From assembly GCA_963813155.1 (NCBI GenBank), contig CAWEYG010000003.1, forward strand, positions 832,001-896,000: a stretch of DNA of 64,000 bases, read 5' to 3'. Below are positions 20,079 through 31,320 of the stretch, piece by piece. The stretch comes from an uncultured Acidobacteriota bacterium (GTDB taxonomy: Bacteria; Acidobacteriota; Thermoanaerobaculia; UBA5066; DATFVB01). A model generated the notes under the pieces. That model searched no databases and was not told where the DNA came from. It was given only the letters and a program-made list of their open reading frames with translations. The first letter of the stretch is position 1. Each line of letters opens with the position of its first letter. A program made the position numbers and the translations under genes.

Positions 20079-21407
20079 TCAAAGCGAGGAGGGCCCGCGC
20101 CGGCGCAGAAGGTGCGCCGTGAACCCGTCGCTCCCCTGGTCGGGAAAGATGCGAAAACGGCTGCCGTCAACGAAAGGCGCGAGCTCGGGAGGGGCGTCGA
20201 TGGCGGCCGCCTCGAACTCGGCGCACGATTCGAGAAATCGGGCGACGACGTCCTCGTTTTCCTCCGCCTCCAGGCTGCAGGTTGAATACAGGACGTAGCC
20301 GCCCGGAGCCACGGCGCCGGCGGCCCCGCGCAGCATCAAGGCTTGCGCCTGCGCCAGCCGGAGGATCGATTCTTGCGTCACCCGGTACCGGATCTCCGGG
20401 TTCTTCCGCAGTGTTCCCGTGCCGGAGCAGGGAGCGTCGAGGAGGACGCGCGACAGCGAGCCCTCCCGCAGGGGCAGGCGGGAGACGTCCGCCGAGGCAA
20501 TCATCGCGTTGCCGAGCGAAAGCCGGACCCGGTTTTCGCGAAGCAAGGTCAGCCGCGACAGGGAGCGGTCGAACGAGAACACTCTCGAGAACCGGCGGGA
20601 GAAGAGCGCGGCGGCCGTCTTGCCCCCGGGCGCGGCCGCGAGATCGGCCAGCAGGTCGCCCTCCGGGATCAGCGCGGGCAGGACCTGCGAGCCGGCGTCG
20701 GCGATGTAGAAGTCTCCTTCCCGGAAACTGCGGGTGCGCACGGGGTTTCCGGAAACCACGGAGAGCCCGAGCCGGGAGAGGGGATTCGGCTCCGAGTCGA
20801 TCTGTTCAGCCCGAAGGCGCAGCGCGATCTCCTCCCTTGTTCCCCGCCGCGGGTCGCACAGGAGGGCCGCCTTCGAGCGCACGTTGTCGGCCGCGAGGAC
20901 GGTTCGGACGCGCGCGAGCCCGAAGCGATCGACCCAGCGGCGGACGAGAAATTCCGGGTGCGAATGCGCGACCGCGAGCCCCGCGGCATCGTCTTCCGGG
21001 GCGGGCGAAGGAGCGTCGCGAAGCAGCGACCGCAGGACGCCGTTGGCCAGGCGCGAGGCGCCCTCTCCCGAGAGCGTCCGGGCCATCTCGACGGTTTCGT
21101 GCACGGCCGCCCGCACGGGAACGCGGTCGAGAAACCGGATCTGGAAGAGACCGACCTCGAGGACTTCCCGCATCGGCTTCTGCAGCCGCTCGAGGGGAAA
21201 ACGAGACACGCTCGCGATCTCGGCGTCGAGCCGGGCCCGGTTGCGCAGGACCCCGAGGACCAGCTCGCGCGCGAAATCCCGCTCCAGGTCGGAAAAATTC
21301 GGGCCGCCGTCGGGGAGCGCGAGAGTCCGCCGGTCTCCGGAAAAGAATTCCGACAGAGCGGCGACGGCGCGGCGGCGCGCCGGGCTGGCAGCGCGGCTAG
21401 CGGCCAA
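20079..21407 (-). CDS. rsmB: 16S rRNA m5C967 methyltransferase RsmB/Sun
   Basis: NusB-like N-terminus, DLAAAPGGKT, LLDAPCSGTG and YSTCS; downstream of fmt. Confidence 0.9.
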   Translation of the reverse strand: MAASRAASPARRRAVAALSEFFSGDRRTLALPDGGPNFSDLERDFARELVLGVLRNRARLDAEIASVSRFPLERLQKPMREVLEVGLFQIRFLDRVPVRAAVHETVEMARTLSGEGASRLANGVLRSLLRDAPSPAPEDDAAGLAVAHSHPEFLVRRWVDRFGLARVRTVLAADNVRSKAALLCDPRRGTREEIALRLRAEQIDSEPNPLSRLGLSVVSGNPVRTRSFREGDFYIADAGSQVLPALIPEGDLLADLAAAPGGKTAAALFSRRFSRVFSFDRSLSRLTLLRENRVRLSLGNAMIASADVSRLPLREGSLSRVLLDAPCSGTGTLRKNPEIRYRVTQESILRLAQAQALMLRGAAGAVAPGGYVLYSTCSLEAEENEDVVARFLESCAEFEAAAIDAPPELAPFVDGSRFRIFPDQGSDGFTAHLLRRRGPSSL

Positions 21408-22326
21408 AACGCTCCGTCCCCGGCAGCCCGCGGAGGAATTCCTCGGCCCCGGCGGGTTTCTTTCCTTCGCGTTGAAGTCGGACCGGAACGATCGAGCTGC
21501 CCGAGCCGCAGGCGACGGCGACGCCGTCGTCGCTCGCGAAGAGCTCGCCGGGAGCGCGGCCCGCGCTCGCCGGGCCGGGACGGCCTTCGAGGATCTTGAC
21601 CCTTTCGCCGTTTCGAAACGTGAAGAGACCCGGCCAGGGCGAATAGGCCCTGCTCGCGCGGAGGATCTCGGCCGCCGGCTTCGACCAATCGATTTCGCCG
21701 TCGCTTCTTCGGAGCGTGCGGCAATACGTCGGCTCGCCGGCCTGCGCGACGGGATCGAGCGTCCCCGCCGAAATTCCGCGCAACGTTTCGACGAGGAGAT
21801 CCGCGCCCTCTTTCGCGAGCCGGTCCGCGAGCGAGCCCGCGTCGTCGCCGGCGGAGATCGCGACGTGCCGGTGCAGATAGACAGGTCCTTCGTCGAGACC
21901 CGCGGTCATACGCATCGTCGCGACCCCCGTCTCCGCGTCGCCCGCGAGGAGCGCCGCCTGGACCGGCGACGCGCCGCGGTGCCTCGGGAGAAGAGAAGCA
22001 TGCACGTTCACGCACCCGAACCGGGGGATCGCCAGGATTTCCGGCGGCAGGATCCGGCCGTACGCGACCACGACGATCGCGTCGGGCGCTTCCGTTCGGA
22101 TTCGGTTCTCGAAAGCCGGATCGCGAATTCCTTCCGGCTGGGCCAGCGGGAGCCCGAGCTGGCGCGCCAGCGCGGCGACCGGCGGAGACCGGAGCTCTCC
22201 GGAACGCCCGACTTTCCGGTCGGGCCGGGACACGACGAGCGAGACTCGAAATTCCGGTTCCGAAGCGAGACGCGCGAGCGAAGGCAGGGCGAACTCCGGG
22301 CTGCCGAAGAAGATCAGTTTCATCAA
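21397..22326 (-). CDS. fmt: Methionyl-tRNA formyltransferase
   Basis: FFGSPEFA, VVAYGRIL and NVHASLLPRHRGASP. Confidence 0.96.
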   Translation of the reverse strand: MMKLIFFGSPEFALPSLARLASEPEFRVSLVVSRPDRKVGRSGELRSPPVAALARQLGLPLAQPEGIRDPAFENRIRTEAPDAIVVVAYGRILPPEILAIPRFGCVNVHASLLPRHRGASPVQAALLAGDAETGVATMRMTAGLDEGPVYLHRHVAISAGDDAGSLADRLAKEGADLLVETLRGISAGTLDPVAQAGEPTYCRTLRRSDGEIDWSKPAAEILRASRAYSPWPGLFTFRNGERVKILEGRPGPASAGRAPGELFASDDGVAVACGSGSSIVPVRLQREGKKPAGAEEFLRGLPGTERFGR

Positions 22327-22336
22327 AGCGCGGGAA

Positions 22337-24244
22337 TCACGCCCCGACGGGGGCCCCCGGCACGTTCTCCCGGTCCGCGGATTCGGTTGCCGCGGAGGCC
22401 CTGGCGGGGACCGGAGCGATTCCGCGCTCGAGCCACTCGTGCTCGCCCTTGAGGACCTCCAGGGCGAGCCGGTACTTCGCCGGATCGTCGTTGGAGGACA
22501 GGTCCTCGAAGCGTCGCAGGACGCGACGGCGCGTATCGCGGCAGAAGAGGTCCGCGAGGAGGACGGCGCTCGCGCCGTCCTCCGGGTCCTTCTTCGCGAT
22601 CTGCCGCGCGCGGGAGACGGCCGCCGCCATCGCGAACAGGTCTGCGCCGATGTCGACCGCGCGAAAGAGAGTGGCCTGCTTCTTTTCGAGCTTCGGCCCG
22701 TTGCGCACCATGGCGTGGAAGATCGCGCGCGAGAGCCGCCGGGTGGAGCGATCGAGAAACCGCACGTGGGACGCGAGACCGCCGAACCCGGAGAATCTCG
22801 GCCACCGTCCCCAGCCGAACCACCGGGTCGGATACCACCAGGCGTAAAAGGCCAGCATCCGCGGAAGGGCCGCGATTTTTCGGGAAAGAGGCGCCTTCGG
22901 GTCCACGAGGGCTCCCGCGGCCTCGAGGTGCCGGTCGAGCGCCTCGCGGGCGATGAAGAGACGCATGATCTCCGAGGAACCCTCGAAAATCAGGTTGATC
23001 CGGAAATCGCGCATCATTCGCTCGACGGGAATCGGAGGCTCTCCGCGCGCCCGGAGCGAATCCGCCGTTTCGTAACCGCGCCCGCCGCGGATCTGCAGGG
23101 TGCGGTCCACGATCTTCCAGCCTTCCTCGGAATTCCACATCTTCGCGACCGCGGCCTCGAGGCGGATGTCGCGGTCGCCGGCGTCCGCCATCCGGCTCGT
23201 CAGTTCCACGATCGCTTCCATCGCGAACGCGGTCGCGCCCATCTCCGCCAGCAGCTGCGCAATCGCCTCGTGCTTGCCGATCGGCTGGCCCCACTGCACC
23301 CGCTCGGAGGACCATTCGCGGCAGATCTCGAGGCAGCGCTTGACGCCGGCCGAGCACGAGGCCGGCAGGGTCAGCCGCCCGGTGTTGAGCGTCACGAGGG
23401 CGAGCTTCAACCCGCGGCCTTCGGCCAGAAGCAGGTTCTCCTTCGGCACCCGGACGTTTCGAAACCGGATGACGCCGTTCTCGATCGCCTTCAGTCCCAT
23501 GAAGTGACAGCGCCGGACGACCTCGACGCCCGGCCAGGCCGCCTCCACGATGAAGGCCGAGATCTTCCCCGTGTCGGGGTGCCGCGCCATGACGACGAAC
23601 AGCTCGGCGATCGTGCCGTTCGTCGTCCACAGCTTCTCGCCGTCGAGAACGTAGTCGCCTTCCGGCGTCCGTCGGGCCGTCGTCGCGAGATTCGCCGGGT
23701 CCGAGCCGACATCCTTTTCGGTGAGCGCGAACGCCGACACCGCTCCGGCCGCGAGGCGCGGGAGGTATTTCCGCTTCTGCTCTTCCGTGCCGAACAGCTT
23801 GAGCGGTTGCGGAACGCCGATCGACTGGTGCGCGGAGAGAAGCGCGATGAGGTTTCCGTCCTGGCTCGTCACGAGCTCGATCACCCGCGCGTACTCTTCC
23901 TGCGAAAACCCGAGCCCGCCGTATTCCTTCGGGATCTTCATGCCGAAGGCGCCCATCTCGGCGAGCCCGCGAATCACGCGCGGAGGAATCTTCCCTTCGC
24001 GGTCGATCGCGTCGGAATCGACCTCCTCGAGGAGGAATTTCTTCATCCGGTCGCAGAAGGCGCGAAATTCGGGCCTCTCCGGCGGCGCCGCCGGGAAGGG
24101 GTGGACGAGATCGAGCCGGAAGTTCCCGAGGAAGATCTCCTTCAGGAAGCTCGCGTTGGACCATTCCGCCTCGCGCGCCTCCTCGGCCACGCGGCGGGCT
24201 TCCGCCTCGCCCGAGAGCTGTCCCGGCTTTCGCTCGTCGCTCAT
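22337..24244 (-). CDS. Acyl-CoA dehydrogenase (VLCAD/ACAD9-like)
   Basis: [30 protein letters not shown] and IFEGSSEIM. Confidence 0.92.
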   Translation of the reverse strand: MSDERKPGQLSGEAEARRVAEEAREAEWSNASFLKEIFLGNFRLDLVHPFPAAPPERPEFRAFCDRMKKFLLEEVDSDAIDREGKIPPRVIRGLAEMGAFGMKIPKEYGGLGFSQEEYARVIELVTSQDGNLIALLSAHQSIGVPQPLKLFGTEEQKRKYLPRLAAGAVSAFALTEKDVGSDPANLATTARRTPEGDYVLDGEKLWTTNGTIAELFVVMARHPDTGKISAFIVEAAWPGVEVVRRCHFMGLKAIENGVIRFRNVRVPKENLLLAEGRGLKLALVTLNTGRLTLPASCSAGVKRCLEICREWSSERVQWGQPIGKHEAIAQLLAEMGATAFAMEAIVELTSRMADAGDRDIRLEAAVAKMWNSEEGWKIVDRTLQIRGGRGYETADSLRARGEPPIPVERMMRDFRINLIFEGSSEIMRLFIAREALDRHLEAAGALVDPKAPLSRKIAALPRMLAFYAWWYPTRWFGWGRWPRFSGFGGLASHVRFLDRSTRRLSRAIFHAMVRNGPKLEKKQATLFRAVDIGADLFAMAAAVSRARQIAKKDPEDGASAVLLADLFCRDTRRRVLRRFEDLSSNDDPAKYRLALEVLKGEHEWLERGIAPVPARASAATESADRENVPGAPVGA

Positions 24245-24269
24245 CGGTTCGAAATTCTAGCAGCCGGGC

Positions 24270-26627
24270 TCACCGGATCTGCTTGTCCACCTGGTCGAAA
24301 TAGTCGGCGGCGACGAGGACTTCTCGCGGCTTGCTCCCCTTCTGCGGCCCGAGCAGGCCGTCGCGGTCCATCATGTCGATGAGTTTTCCCGCTCGGGAAA
24401 AGCCGATTTGCATTCTTCTCTGCAAAAACGAGATCGAGGCCATCCGTTCGCGCACGACGAGGCGCGCGGCCTCGTCGTAGAGCGGATCGTTGTCGCCGCT
24501 GTCCCCGCCTCCCGCGGCGCTCAACCTCGCCTCTTCCTCGCGATCCTTCGTGATCTCCTCGTCGAACACGGGCTTCGCCTGCTTCTTCAGGAACTTCACG
24601 AGCTGGGCCGTTTCCTGGACGGAGATGTAGGCGCCGTGGATCCGGTGCAGGCGCGACGTTCCCGGACCGAGATAGAGCATGTCGCCGCGGCCGAGGAGCT
24701 TCTCGGCGCCGTTGCCGTCGAGCACGACGCGGGAGTCGATCTTCGTCGCGACCTTGAACGCGATCCGCGAAGGCAGGTTCGCCTTGATCACGCCGGTGAG
24801 AACGTCCGTGGAGGGGCGCTGGGTGGCGACGACGAGGTGAATTCCGACCGCGCGCGCCTTCTGGGCGATCCGGGCGATGGAATCTTCGACGTCCTTCGGC
24901 GCGGTCATCATCAGGTCGGCCAGCTCGTCGATGATGATGACGACGTACGGAAGCGGATCGAGCTCGAGCTCGTCGGCCCCGAGGCGCGCCTGCACTTCTG
25001 CGACGGTGTTCTTGTCCTCGAGCGCCCGGTTGTACTGGTCGATGTTGCGGACGTTGCCGAACTTCGAAAGCCGCTGGTAGCGCTCCTCCATCTGGGCGAC
25101 CGCCCACTTCAGCGCGTTGGAAGCCTTCTTCGGGTCCACGACGATCGGGGTGAGGAGATGGGGAATGTCCTTGTAGATTTCCAGCTCGACCATCTTCGGA
25201 TCGATGAGGATGAGCTTGACCTGCGCGGGCGTGGACTTGAACAGGATCGACGTGATGATCGTGTTGATCCCCACCGATTTTCCCGATCCGGTCGTTCCGG
25301 CGATCAGGAGATGGGGCATCGACTGGAGGTTCTGGACGACCGGCTCGCCGTGGATGTCCTTTCCGAGCGCGAGCGCGAGCATCGAACGTTCCGCGGCGAA
25401 TCGCTCCGACTCGATGACGTCGCGAAGGCCGATCAGGTCGCCGCCGTCCGGATTCGGAACCTCGATTCCGACGGAAGAGCGGCCCGCGATCCTCTCGATC
25501 CGGATCGATTCCGCCGACAGCGCGAGCGCGAGGTCCTCGGCCATCGACATCACCTGCGTCACCTTGATCCCGGCGGCCGGGCGAAACTCGTAGGTCGTGA
25601 CGACCGGGCCGGGGTGGAACTCCACGACCTCCCCTTCGACGCCGAACTCCGCGCATTTCTCCGTGATGCGGCGGGCGATCTCGGGAAGTTGCTTCCGGTC
25701 GAACGTGCCCACCGTCAGGTGCTTCTCCAGGAGCGAGGTCTGGGGATACAGATAGCCCCCCATCTCGATCGGCAGGGATTTCTGCGGAGAGGGCTTCTTG
25801 CGCTCCCGTTCCGGCGCCGGCCGCGGCGAAGCGGCCGGGGAACCGGCCCCCGACGCCACCCGGCGGATGGAGAACTTCCCCTCTCCTTCCACTCGCTCGA
25901 CCTTTAGGGGCGCGACGGGGCCCTTCGGCGGATCGGGGCGAAACGGGAAGTCGGCGAGCGCAGCGCCCTCGTGGCGGGACTTCTCGATGTGCTTCACGAT
26001 GACGTTTCGCTTCAAACGCTCTTTCATTCGCCTCTCGCGCTTCCGCGAGAATCCGAGCGTAAATCTTCCGAGCAGCCCGATCAGCTTCACCCGCGCGAGA
26101 AAAATCGCGTCGGCCAGCGAGAGCTGGGTCGCGAGGGGAATGGCCAGGATCAGAAGCGCCGAGAGAAGAACGAGCGAGCCGACGGTATTGAATCGCGACC
26201 GGATGAAACCCGAGATCCCCGCGCCGAGAAGGCCGCCGGCTTCGATCGGTTCACCGCGAAACTCGCGCGTCCCGATGAGGATCGAGAGCAGCGCGGGGAG
26301 CGAGACGGCGAGGAGCGCCACGCCGATCGCCTTCGTGCCGGGATTGGAGAACCGGCGCGCGAGGAACCGCCGCGAGCCCCAGACGACCAACCCGGCGGCG
26401 ATCAGCCAGCCGGTGAATCCGAACGCCGTCAGCAGCAGGCGCGACCACATCGCGCCGACACCGCCGACCCAATTCGCCGCCTTCGTGTTCTCGCCCGTCG
26501 TGCTCGAAAAGAAGGGCGCCGGGTCCTGGGGCGAATGCGAGAGCAGCGAGAGCACGGTCAGGATTCCGGCGACGACCAGCAGGAGGCCGATCGCCTCGTC
26601 CGCGTAACGCCGCGTGTTCTCGGACAA
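24270..26627 (-). CDS. ftsK: DNA translocase FtsK
   Basis: N-terminal TM domain, PHLLIAGTTGSGKS, IIDELADLM, ATQRPS and gamma domain ASISFLQRR; start estimated at TTG 26627. Confidence 0.95.
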   Translation of the reverse strand: MSENTRRYADEAIGLLLVVAGILTVLSLLSHSPQDPAPFFSSTTGENTKAANWVGGVGAMWSRLLLTAFGFTGWLIAAGLVVWGSRRFLARRFSNPGTKAIGVALLAVSLPALLSILIGTREFRGEPIEAGGLLGAGISGFIRSRFNTVGSLVLLSALLILAIPLATQLSLADAIFLARVKLIGLLGRFTLGFSRKRERRMKERLKRNVIVKHIEKSRHEGAALADFPFRPDPPKGPVAPLKVERVEGEGKFSIRRVASGAGSPAASPRPAPERERKKPSPQKSLPIEMGGYLYPQTSLLEKHLTVGTFDRKQLPEIARRITEKCAEFGVEGEVVEFHPGPVVTTYEFRPAAGIKVTQVMSMAEDLALALSAESIRIERIAGRSSVGIEVPNPDGGDLIGLRDVIESERFAAERSMLALALGKDIHGEPVVQNLQSMPHLLIAGTTGSGKSVGINTIITSILFKSTPAQVKLILIDPKMVELEIYKDIPHLLTPIVVDPKKASNALKWAVAQMEERYQRLSKFGNVRNIDQYNRALEDKNTVAEVQARLGADELELDPLPYVVIIIDELADLMMTAPKDVEDSIARIAQKARAVGIHLVVATQRPSTDVLTGVIKANLPSRIAFKVATKIDSRVVLDGNGAEKLLGRGDMLYLGPGTSRLHRIHGAYISVQETAQLVKFLKKQAKPVFDEEITKDREEEARLSAAGGGDSGDNDPLYDEAARLVVRERMASISFLQRRMQIGFSRAGKLIDMMDRDGLLGPQKGSKPREVLVAADYFDQVDKQIR

Positions 26628-26785
26628 AGTCAGATCCGCCCGGCCGCGGAAGGCATGCGGCCGCTCGACCTCGAAGAAACCGCTCTCAAACGCAACCGAA
26701 TGGACACATCGCCTGTTCCGTATTGTACGAAATCCCCCCGACGGGAGGGAAGCGCCGGACGGCCGGGTATTGGATTTCCCGCCGC

Positions 26786-28432
26786 CTACGGCCGGGCGAC
26801 GGTCACGACGACGACCGGCCGGGCCCCGAACGCCCGCCGGCAGGCGCGCTTCGCGGCGACTTGAGCCTCCGATTCCAGCCATTGCGCGTTCGCGAGATCC
26901 GCGGGACGGCCGCGCCCGAGAAGCGTGCGCACCTCCTCTCCGACTTCCGCCGCGACTTCGGCGGGCAGCGCGGCGAGACCGATGCTCGCGACTTCGACGC
27001 GGATCGCGGCGAGCTGCAGGAGGACGGTGACGACGACGGCGCCCTGCGAGCCGAGCGTCCTTCGGACGCGAATCTCCTCTTCGGAGACCTCGGCGCCTTC
27101 CGCCGCGTCGAGATAGATCGACCGCGCCGGGCGGGCGCCGGTTGCGGCGCGAAAGCCTTCGCCGAGAAAGAGCGAATCGCCGTTGTCGAAGACGAAAACG
27201 CGCTCTGCGACGATGCCGGCCTCGCGCGCGGCCGCGCCGCACGCGAGAAGCGCGCGCCGCTCGCCGTGCGCCGGCAGAACGGCCCGCGGGCGAACGGCCT
27301 CGATCAAACTCCTCAGGTCGTCGCGGTACGCATGCCCGGAAACGTGAACGGCCGGCCCCTCCGGGCCAGTCGGAAGGACCCGCACGCCCCGGCGAAGCAG
27401 GCCATCGACGACCCGCGAGACGGCCCGCTCGCGGCCGGGAATCGTTCGGGCGGAGAGGATCGCGAGGTCGCCCTCCCCGAGCGCGAGCTGGTCGTGGCGG
27501 CCTGCCGCGAGGCGGGAAAGGGCCGAGTGCGGTTCGCCCTGCGAGCCCGCGCACAGCAGGAGGAGCCGCCCGGGCCGCCGCTCGTCGAGCCGTTCCGGGT
27601 CGGCCGAAAGACCCGCGGGAATGGCGAGGTAGCCATAGCGCTCCCCGATCTCGGCGATTTCCCGCATGCTCCTGCCGAGAATCGCGATCTCACGGCCCGC
27701 CGCGCGGGCGGCTTCCACGGCGGCCTGCATTCGCGCGACGTGACTCGAAAACGTCGTCACCACAATTCGGCCGCCGGCGCCGCGCGCCGCCGACAGGAGC
27801 CCTTCCCGGGCCTCCCGCTCCGACGGGCAGTTTCCCGCCCTCTCCGCGTTCGTGGAATCGAGCACGAGGAGATCGCACCCGCCGGCGCGCGCCGCGAAGT
27901 CCGCGAGGCTCGTCCGCTCGCCCGCGGGCGCGTCGTCGTCGATCTTGAAATCGCCGGTGTGGAGGATGCGCCGGCCGAAGACCTCGATCAGGAGGGCCGC
28001 CGATTGCGGGACCGAGTGGGAAACCGGCAGGAACGTCACCGAAAACGGGCCGGCCACCACAGGGTCGCCGAACGACGCCGCGGCGATTCGCGAGCGGCTG
28101 TCGCCGCCGGACCCGGATTCGAGCAGCCGGCGGCGGGCCAGGGCCCGCGTGAATTCCGTCGCGAAGACGGGCGCGTTGGCGACCTCGCACAGCCGCGAAA
28201 GGGCGCCGATGTGGTCCTCGTGCCCGTGCGTCAGAAACACCCCCGCCACGCGATCAGCGGCGAGCGGGGAGAAGTCGGGCGCGACGCGGTCGATCCCCGG
28301 CAGCGTTTCGTCCGGAAACGAGATCCCCGCGTCGACGACGAGGGCTTCGCCCCCCGCGCGGACGACGAGGCAATTCTTCCCGAATTCTCCAAGTCCGCCG
28401 AGGGCGGTGACCTCGATTTCCGGGGAAATCAC
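26786..28432 (-). CDS. rnj: Ribonuclease J
   Basis: LGGLGEFGKN, THGHEDHIGA, HTGDFK and HVSGHA. Confidence 0.93.
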   Translation of the reverse strand: MISPEIEVTALGGLGEFGKNCLVVRAGGEALVVDAGISFPDETLPGIDRVAPDFSPLAADRVAGVFLTHGHEDHIGALSRLCEVANAPVFATEFTRALARRRLLESGSGGDSRSRIAAASFGDPVVAGPFSVTFLPVSHSVPQSAALLIEVFGRRILHTGDFKIDDDAPAGERTSLADFAARAGGCDLLVLDSTNAERAGNCPSEREAREGLLSAARGAGGRIVVTTFSSHVARMQAAVEAARAAGREIAILGRSMREIAEIGERYGYLAIPAGLSADPERLDERRPGRLLLLCAGSQGEPHSALSRLAAGRHDQLALGEGDLAILSARTIPGRERAVSRVVDGLLRRGVRVLPTGPEGPAVHVSGHAYRDDLRSLIEAVRPRAVLPAHGERRALLACGAAAREAGIVAERVFVFDNGDSLFLGEGFRAATGARPARSIYLDAAEGAEVSEEEIRVRRTLGSQGAVVVTVLLQLAAIRVEVASIGLAALPAEVAAEVGEEVRTLLGRGRPADLANAQWLESEAQVAAKRACRRAFGARPVVVVTVARP

Positions 28433-29251
28433 TCTCCGCGCCTCGCCGCCAGGAGCCGCTCTTCGCGGGCGAGGTTGACGAAATCGGCGGCGGCCAGCTC
28501 TTCAGCGCGCGTCGAGGCCCGGAATCCGCAGGTTCCGAGGGCTTCCGCCCAGTCTTCCTTCGCCCCGAGCGCGGAAAGAGCGTTGGGCAGGTTCTTTCGG
28601 CGCATCTGGAAGGCCGCCGACGCGACGGCGAGAACGCGGACGAGCGGCTCTCCGCGTCGCGAGCGGTTCGCGCGGAACCAACCGAAGGACGGAAGAGACG
28701 ACCTTCGGGCGGGGACGAAAGGCTCCCGCCGAAATGTGGAACAGGATTTCTCCCCGGCAGAACAGGGCCGATCGCACCGACAGAAACCCGTAGTCGTCGC
28801 TTCCCGGCGCCGCGACGAAGCGCCGCGCCACCTCTCTCTGAACTGTCGAGACGATTCGGGACACCGAACCGGCATCCTCGATCGCCCGGGACAGGATCGG
28901 CGTCGCGACGTTGTATGGAAGATTCGCGACGAGAACGGCGGGAAGCGCCAGCGACGCGTCCGCGACCCACTCGGCGATCGGCCTTTGCAACACGTCGCCG
29001 CGCAGGATCCTCAGGGCCCCGCCGAGCTCGTCCTCCAGGGCCTCCGCGCGAAGAGGGTCGATCTCGACGGCGACGAGGCGTCCGGGAGCCGCCGCGAGCA
29101 GGTGTCGGGTCAGGGCTCCGTCTCCGGGCCCGATCTCGAGGACCGTTTCCCCGGCCCCGATCGCGGCCGCGGCGACGATCCGTTTCGCCGTCTCCGGATC
29201 GACGAGAAAGTTCTGCCCCCATCTTTTTCGGGCGGGAAACTGCGAAATCAC
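28429..29251 (-). CDS. rsmA: 16S rRNA dimethyladenosine transferase; apparent frameshift near 28655
   Basis: WGQNFL, LEIGPGDG, VANLPYN and FRPRPKV; the C-terminal AAFQMRRKNL..RAEEL is in another frame. Confidence 0.9.
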
Positions 29252-29392
29252 GCCCCATTCTCACACACCGGAAAACGCCAATCTGGCGCGGCGACGACGA
29301 ATGGGCGCGCGCGCAAACCGACTTTCCCAGCAAAATCTCTCTAGAATTCTGGCATTCCGGTTGCGTTTGTCCCGAGCCAGGGAGGAGTCCGC

Positions 29393-30388
29393 GTGGAAAA
29401 TTTGAACACCGTTCCGGCCGCCGAAGAGAGGCTCGAGGCGAGCCGCGACAAGATCGCCGGGCTTCGGCGCGCGGTTCACGTCGCGCTCGTGGGCCAGGAG
29501 CATTTCCTCGACCGGCTCCTCATCGGCCTTCTCGCCCGGGGCCATGTCCTCGTGGAGGGAGTCCCCGGTCTGGCGAAGACGCTCGCGATCCGGGCGCTCG
29601 CCGGCGGCGTGGACGCACGTTTTTCGCGGATTCAATTCACTCCCGATCTGCTGCCCGCCGACCTCACCGGCACGCTCATCTTTCACCCTGCCTCCGGCAC
29701 GTTCACCCCGAGGCTCGGCCCCGTGTTCGCGAACATCGTCCTCGCGGACGAGATCAACCGCGCGCCCGCGAAGGTCCAGTCCGCGCTGCTCGAGTCGATG
29801 CAGGAACGGCAGGTCACGATCGGCGACACGACGCATCCGCTCCCGGAGCCGTTCTTCGTTCTCGCGACCCAGAACCCGATTGAGCAGGAAGGGACCTACC
29901 CGCTGCCCGAAGCCCAGACGGACCGTTTCCTCCTCAAATGCGTCGTTCGCTACCCGTCGAAGGAAGAGGAGCTTCGGATCCTCGAGATCGCCTCTGCCGG
30001 GTTCCCTCCCCTCTCGCCGCCCGTGCTGTCGACCGGCGACCTCACGGACGCCGCCGGCGCCGTCGCCGGCCTGTACGCCGACCGGCGGATCCGCGAGTAC
30101 ATCGTCGCGCTCGCCGCGGCGACGCGCGCGCCACGCGAATCGGGGTTCCCGGAGGGTGCGCCCTGGATCGCCTACGGCGCCTCGCCCCGGGGGTCGATCG
30201 CGCTGCTCGCGGCGGCGCGCGGAAACGCCTTCCTCCAGGGGCGCTCGTTCGTGGTGCCCGAGGACGTCAAGGCGATCGCGCCCGACGCGCTCCGCCACCG
30301 GCTCGTGCTCACGTTCGAAGCGGAAGCCGAGGGCGTCCGGGCCGACGATGTGATCGAGCGGCTGCTCGGCAAGATTCCCGTCCCGTGA
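29393..30388 (+). CDS. moxR: MoxR-family AAA+ ATPase
   Basis: EGVPGLAKT, RIQFTPDLLP, DEINRAPAKVQSALLE and ATQNPIEQEGTY. Confidence 0.96.
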   Translation: MENLNTVPAAEERLEASRDKIAGLRRAVHVALVGQEHFLDRLLIGLLARGHVLVEGVPGLAKTLAIRALAGGVDARFSRIQFTPDLLPADLTGTLIFHPASGTFTPRLGPVFANIVLADEINRAPAKVQSALLESMQERQVTIGDTTHPLPEPFFVLATQNPIEQEGTYPLPEAQTDRFLLKCVVRYPSKEEELRILEIASAGFPPLSPPVLSTGDLTDAAGAVAGLYADRRIREYIVALAAATRAPRESGFPEGAPWIAYGASPRGSIALLAAARGNAFLQGRSFVVPEDVKAIAPDALRHRLVLTFEAEAEGVRADDVIERLLGKIPVP

Positions 30389-31320
30389 CGCTCTTTTCCC
30401 GGCTCACCCGGCCCCGGCGCCGGCGCCTGGGCCGCGCACTCTCGGCCGAGGAGCTCTTTCGTCGGGTCGGACGGATCGCCGTCGCCGCGCGCAGGAAATC
30501 GGTCTCGCAGACGTCCGGCGACTACCGCGCCGTTTTCCACGGGCGCGGAATGGAATTCTCGGAAGTCCGCGAGTACCGGCCCGGCGACGACGTGAGGTCG
30601 ATCGACTGGAACGTCACCGCCCGAGCCGGGACGCCGTTCGTAAAGCTCTTCCGGGAAGAGCGGGACCGCACCCTTCTTTTCCTCGTCGACCTGTCGGCTT
30701 CCGAGGACTTCGGCTCGACGCTCGCGACGAAACGCGACCTCGCGGCGGAGGCGACCGCGGCGATCGCCCTCTCGGCGGCGGAAAACCGCGACCGCGTGGG
30801 CGCGATCCTCTTCACGGACCGGGTCGAAAAGATCCGCCGCCCGGCGCGCGGAAAGCCCCACGCGCTCTCGGTCGTCCGCGACGTGCTCACGCGTCCGCTC
30901 GAGGGTTTCGGTACGGATCTCGCCCTGGGAATTCGGGCGGCGAGAAATCTCCTCAAATCGCGCGCGCTCGTCGTCCTCATTTCCGATTTTCGCGCGACGG
31001 GCTACGCGAACGAGCTCGGCGCCCTCGCGCGCCGGCACGACGCCGTCGCCCTCGCCGTCTCCGACCCGGCCGAGCGCCGCTTCCCGTCGCGGGGGCTGTT
31101 CCGATTCCGCGACGCGGAGACGGGAGAGACTCGCGTCGCGGACGCGTCTTCCGCGGAATTTCGAAACCGCTGGGGCGCCGACGCGGCCGTCGGAGCGCGG
31201 GGAATCTGCCTGCGCTCCGGCGTCGACTTTCTCGAGCTGTCCTCGGATCGCGCGCCGTCGGCGGACCTCGCTTCGTTTTTCCGATCCCGGTTCCTCGCCC
31301 GGACGGGAAGGGTCGGATGA
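30385..31320 (+). CDS. DUF58 domain protein
   Basis: GRGMEFSEVREYRPGDDVRSIDWNVTAR and LISDF; GTGA overlap with moxR. Confidence 0.92.
   Translation: MTLFSRLTRPRRRRLGRALSAEELFRRVGRIAVAARRKSVSQTSGDYRAVFHGRGMEFSEVREYRPGDDVRSIDWNVTARAGTPFVKLFREERDRTLLFLVDLSASEDFGSTLATKRDLAAEATAAIALSAAENRDRVGAILFTDRVEKIRRPARGKPHALSVVRDVLTRPLEGFGTDLALGIRAARNLLKSRALVVLISDFRATGYANELGALARRHDAVALAVSDPAERRFPSRGLFRFRDAETGETRVADASSAEFRNRWGADAAVGARGICLRSGVDFLELSSDRAPSADLASFFRSRFLARTGRVG

Noticed and set aside
28429-29251. rsmA and other frameshifted genes as pseudogenes or programmed frameshifts
   Set aside because: Indels are scattered across unrelated genes with intact motifs and no slippery-site pattern; assembly error is more parsimonious.
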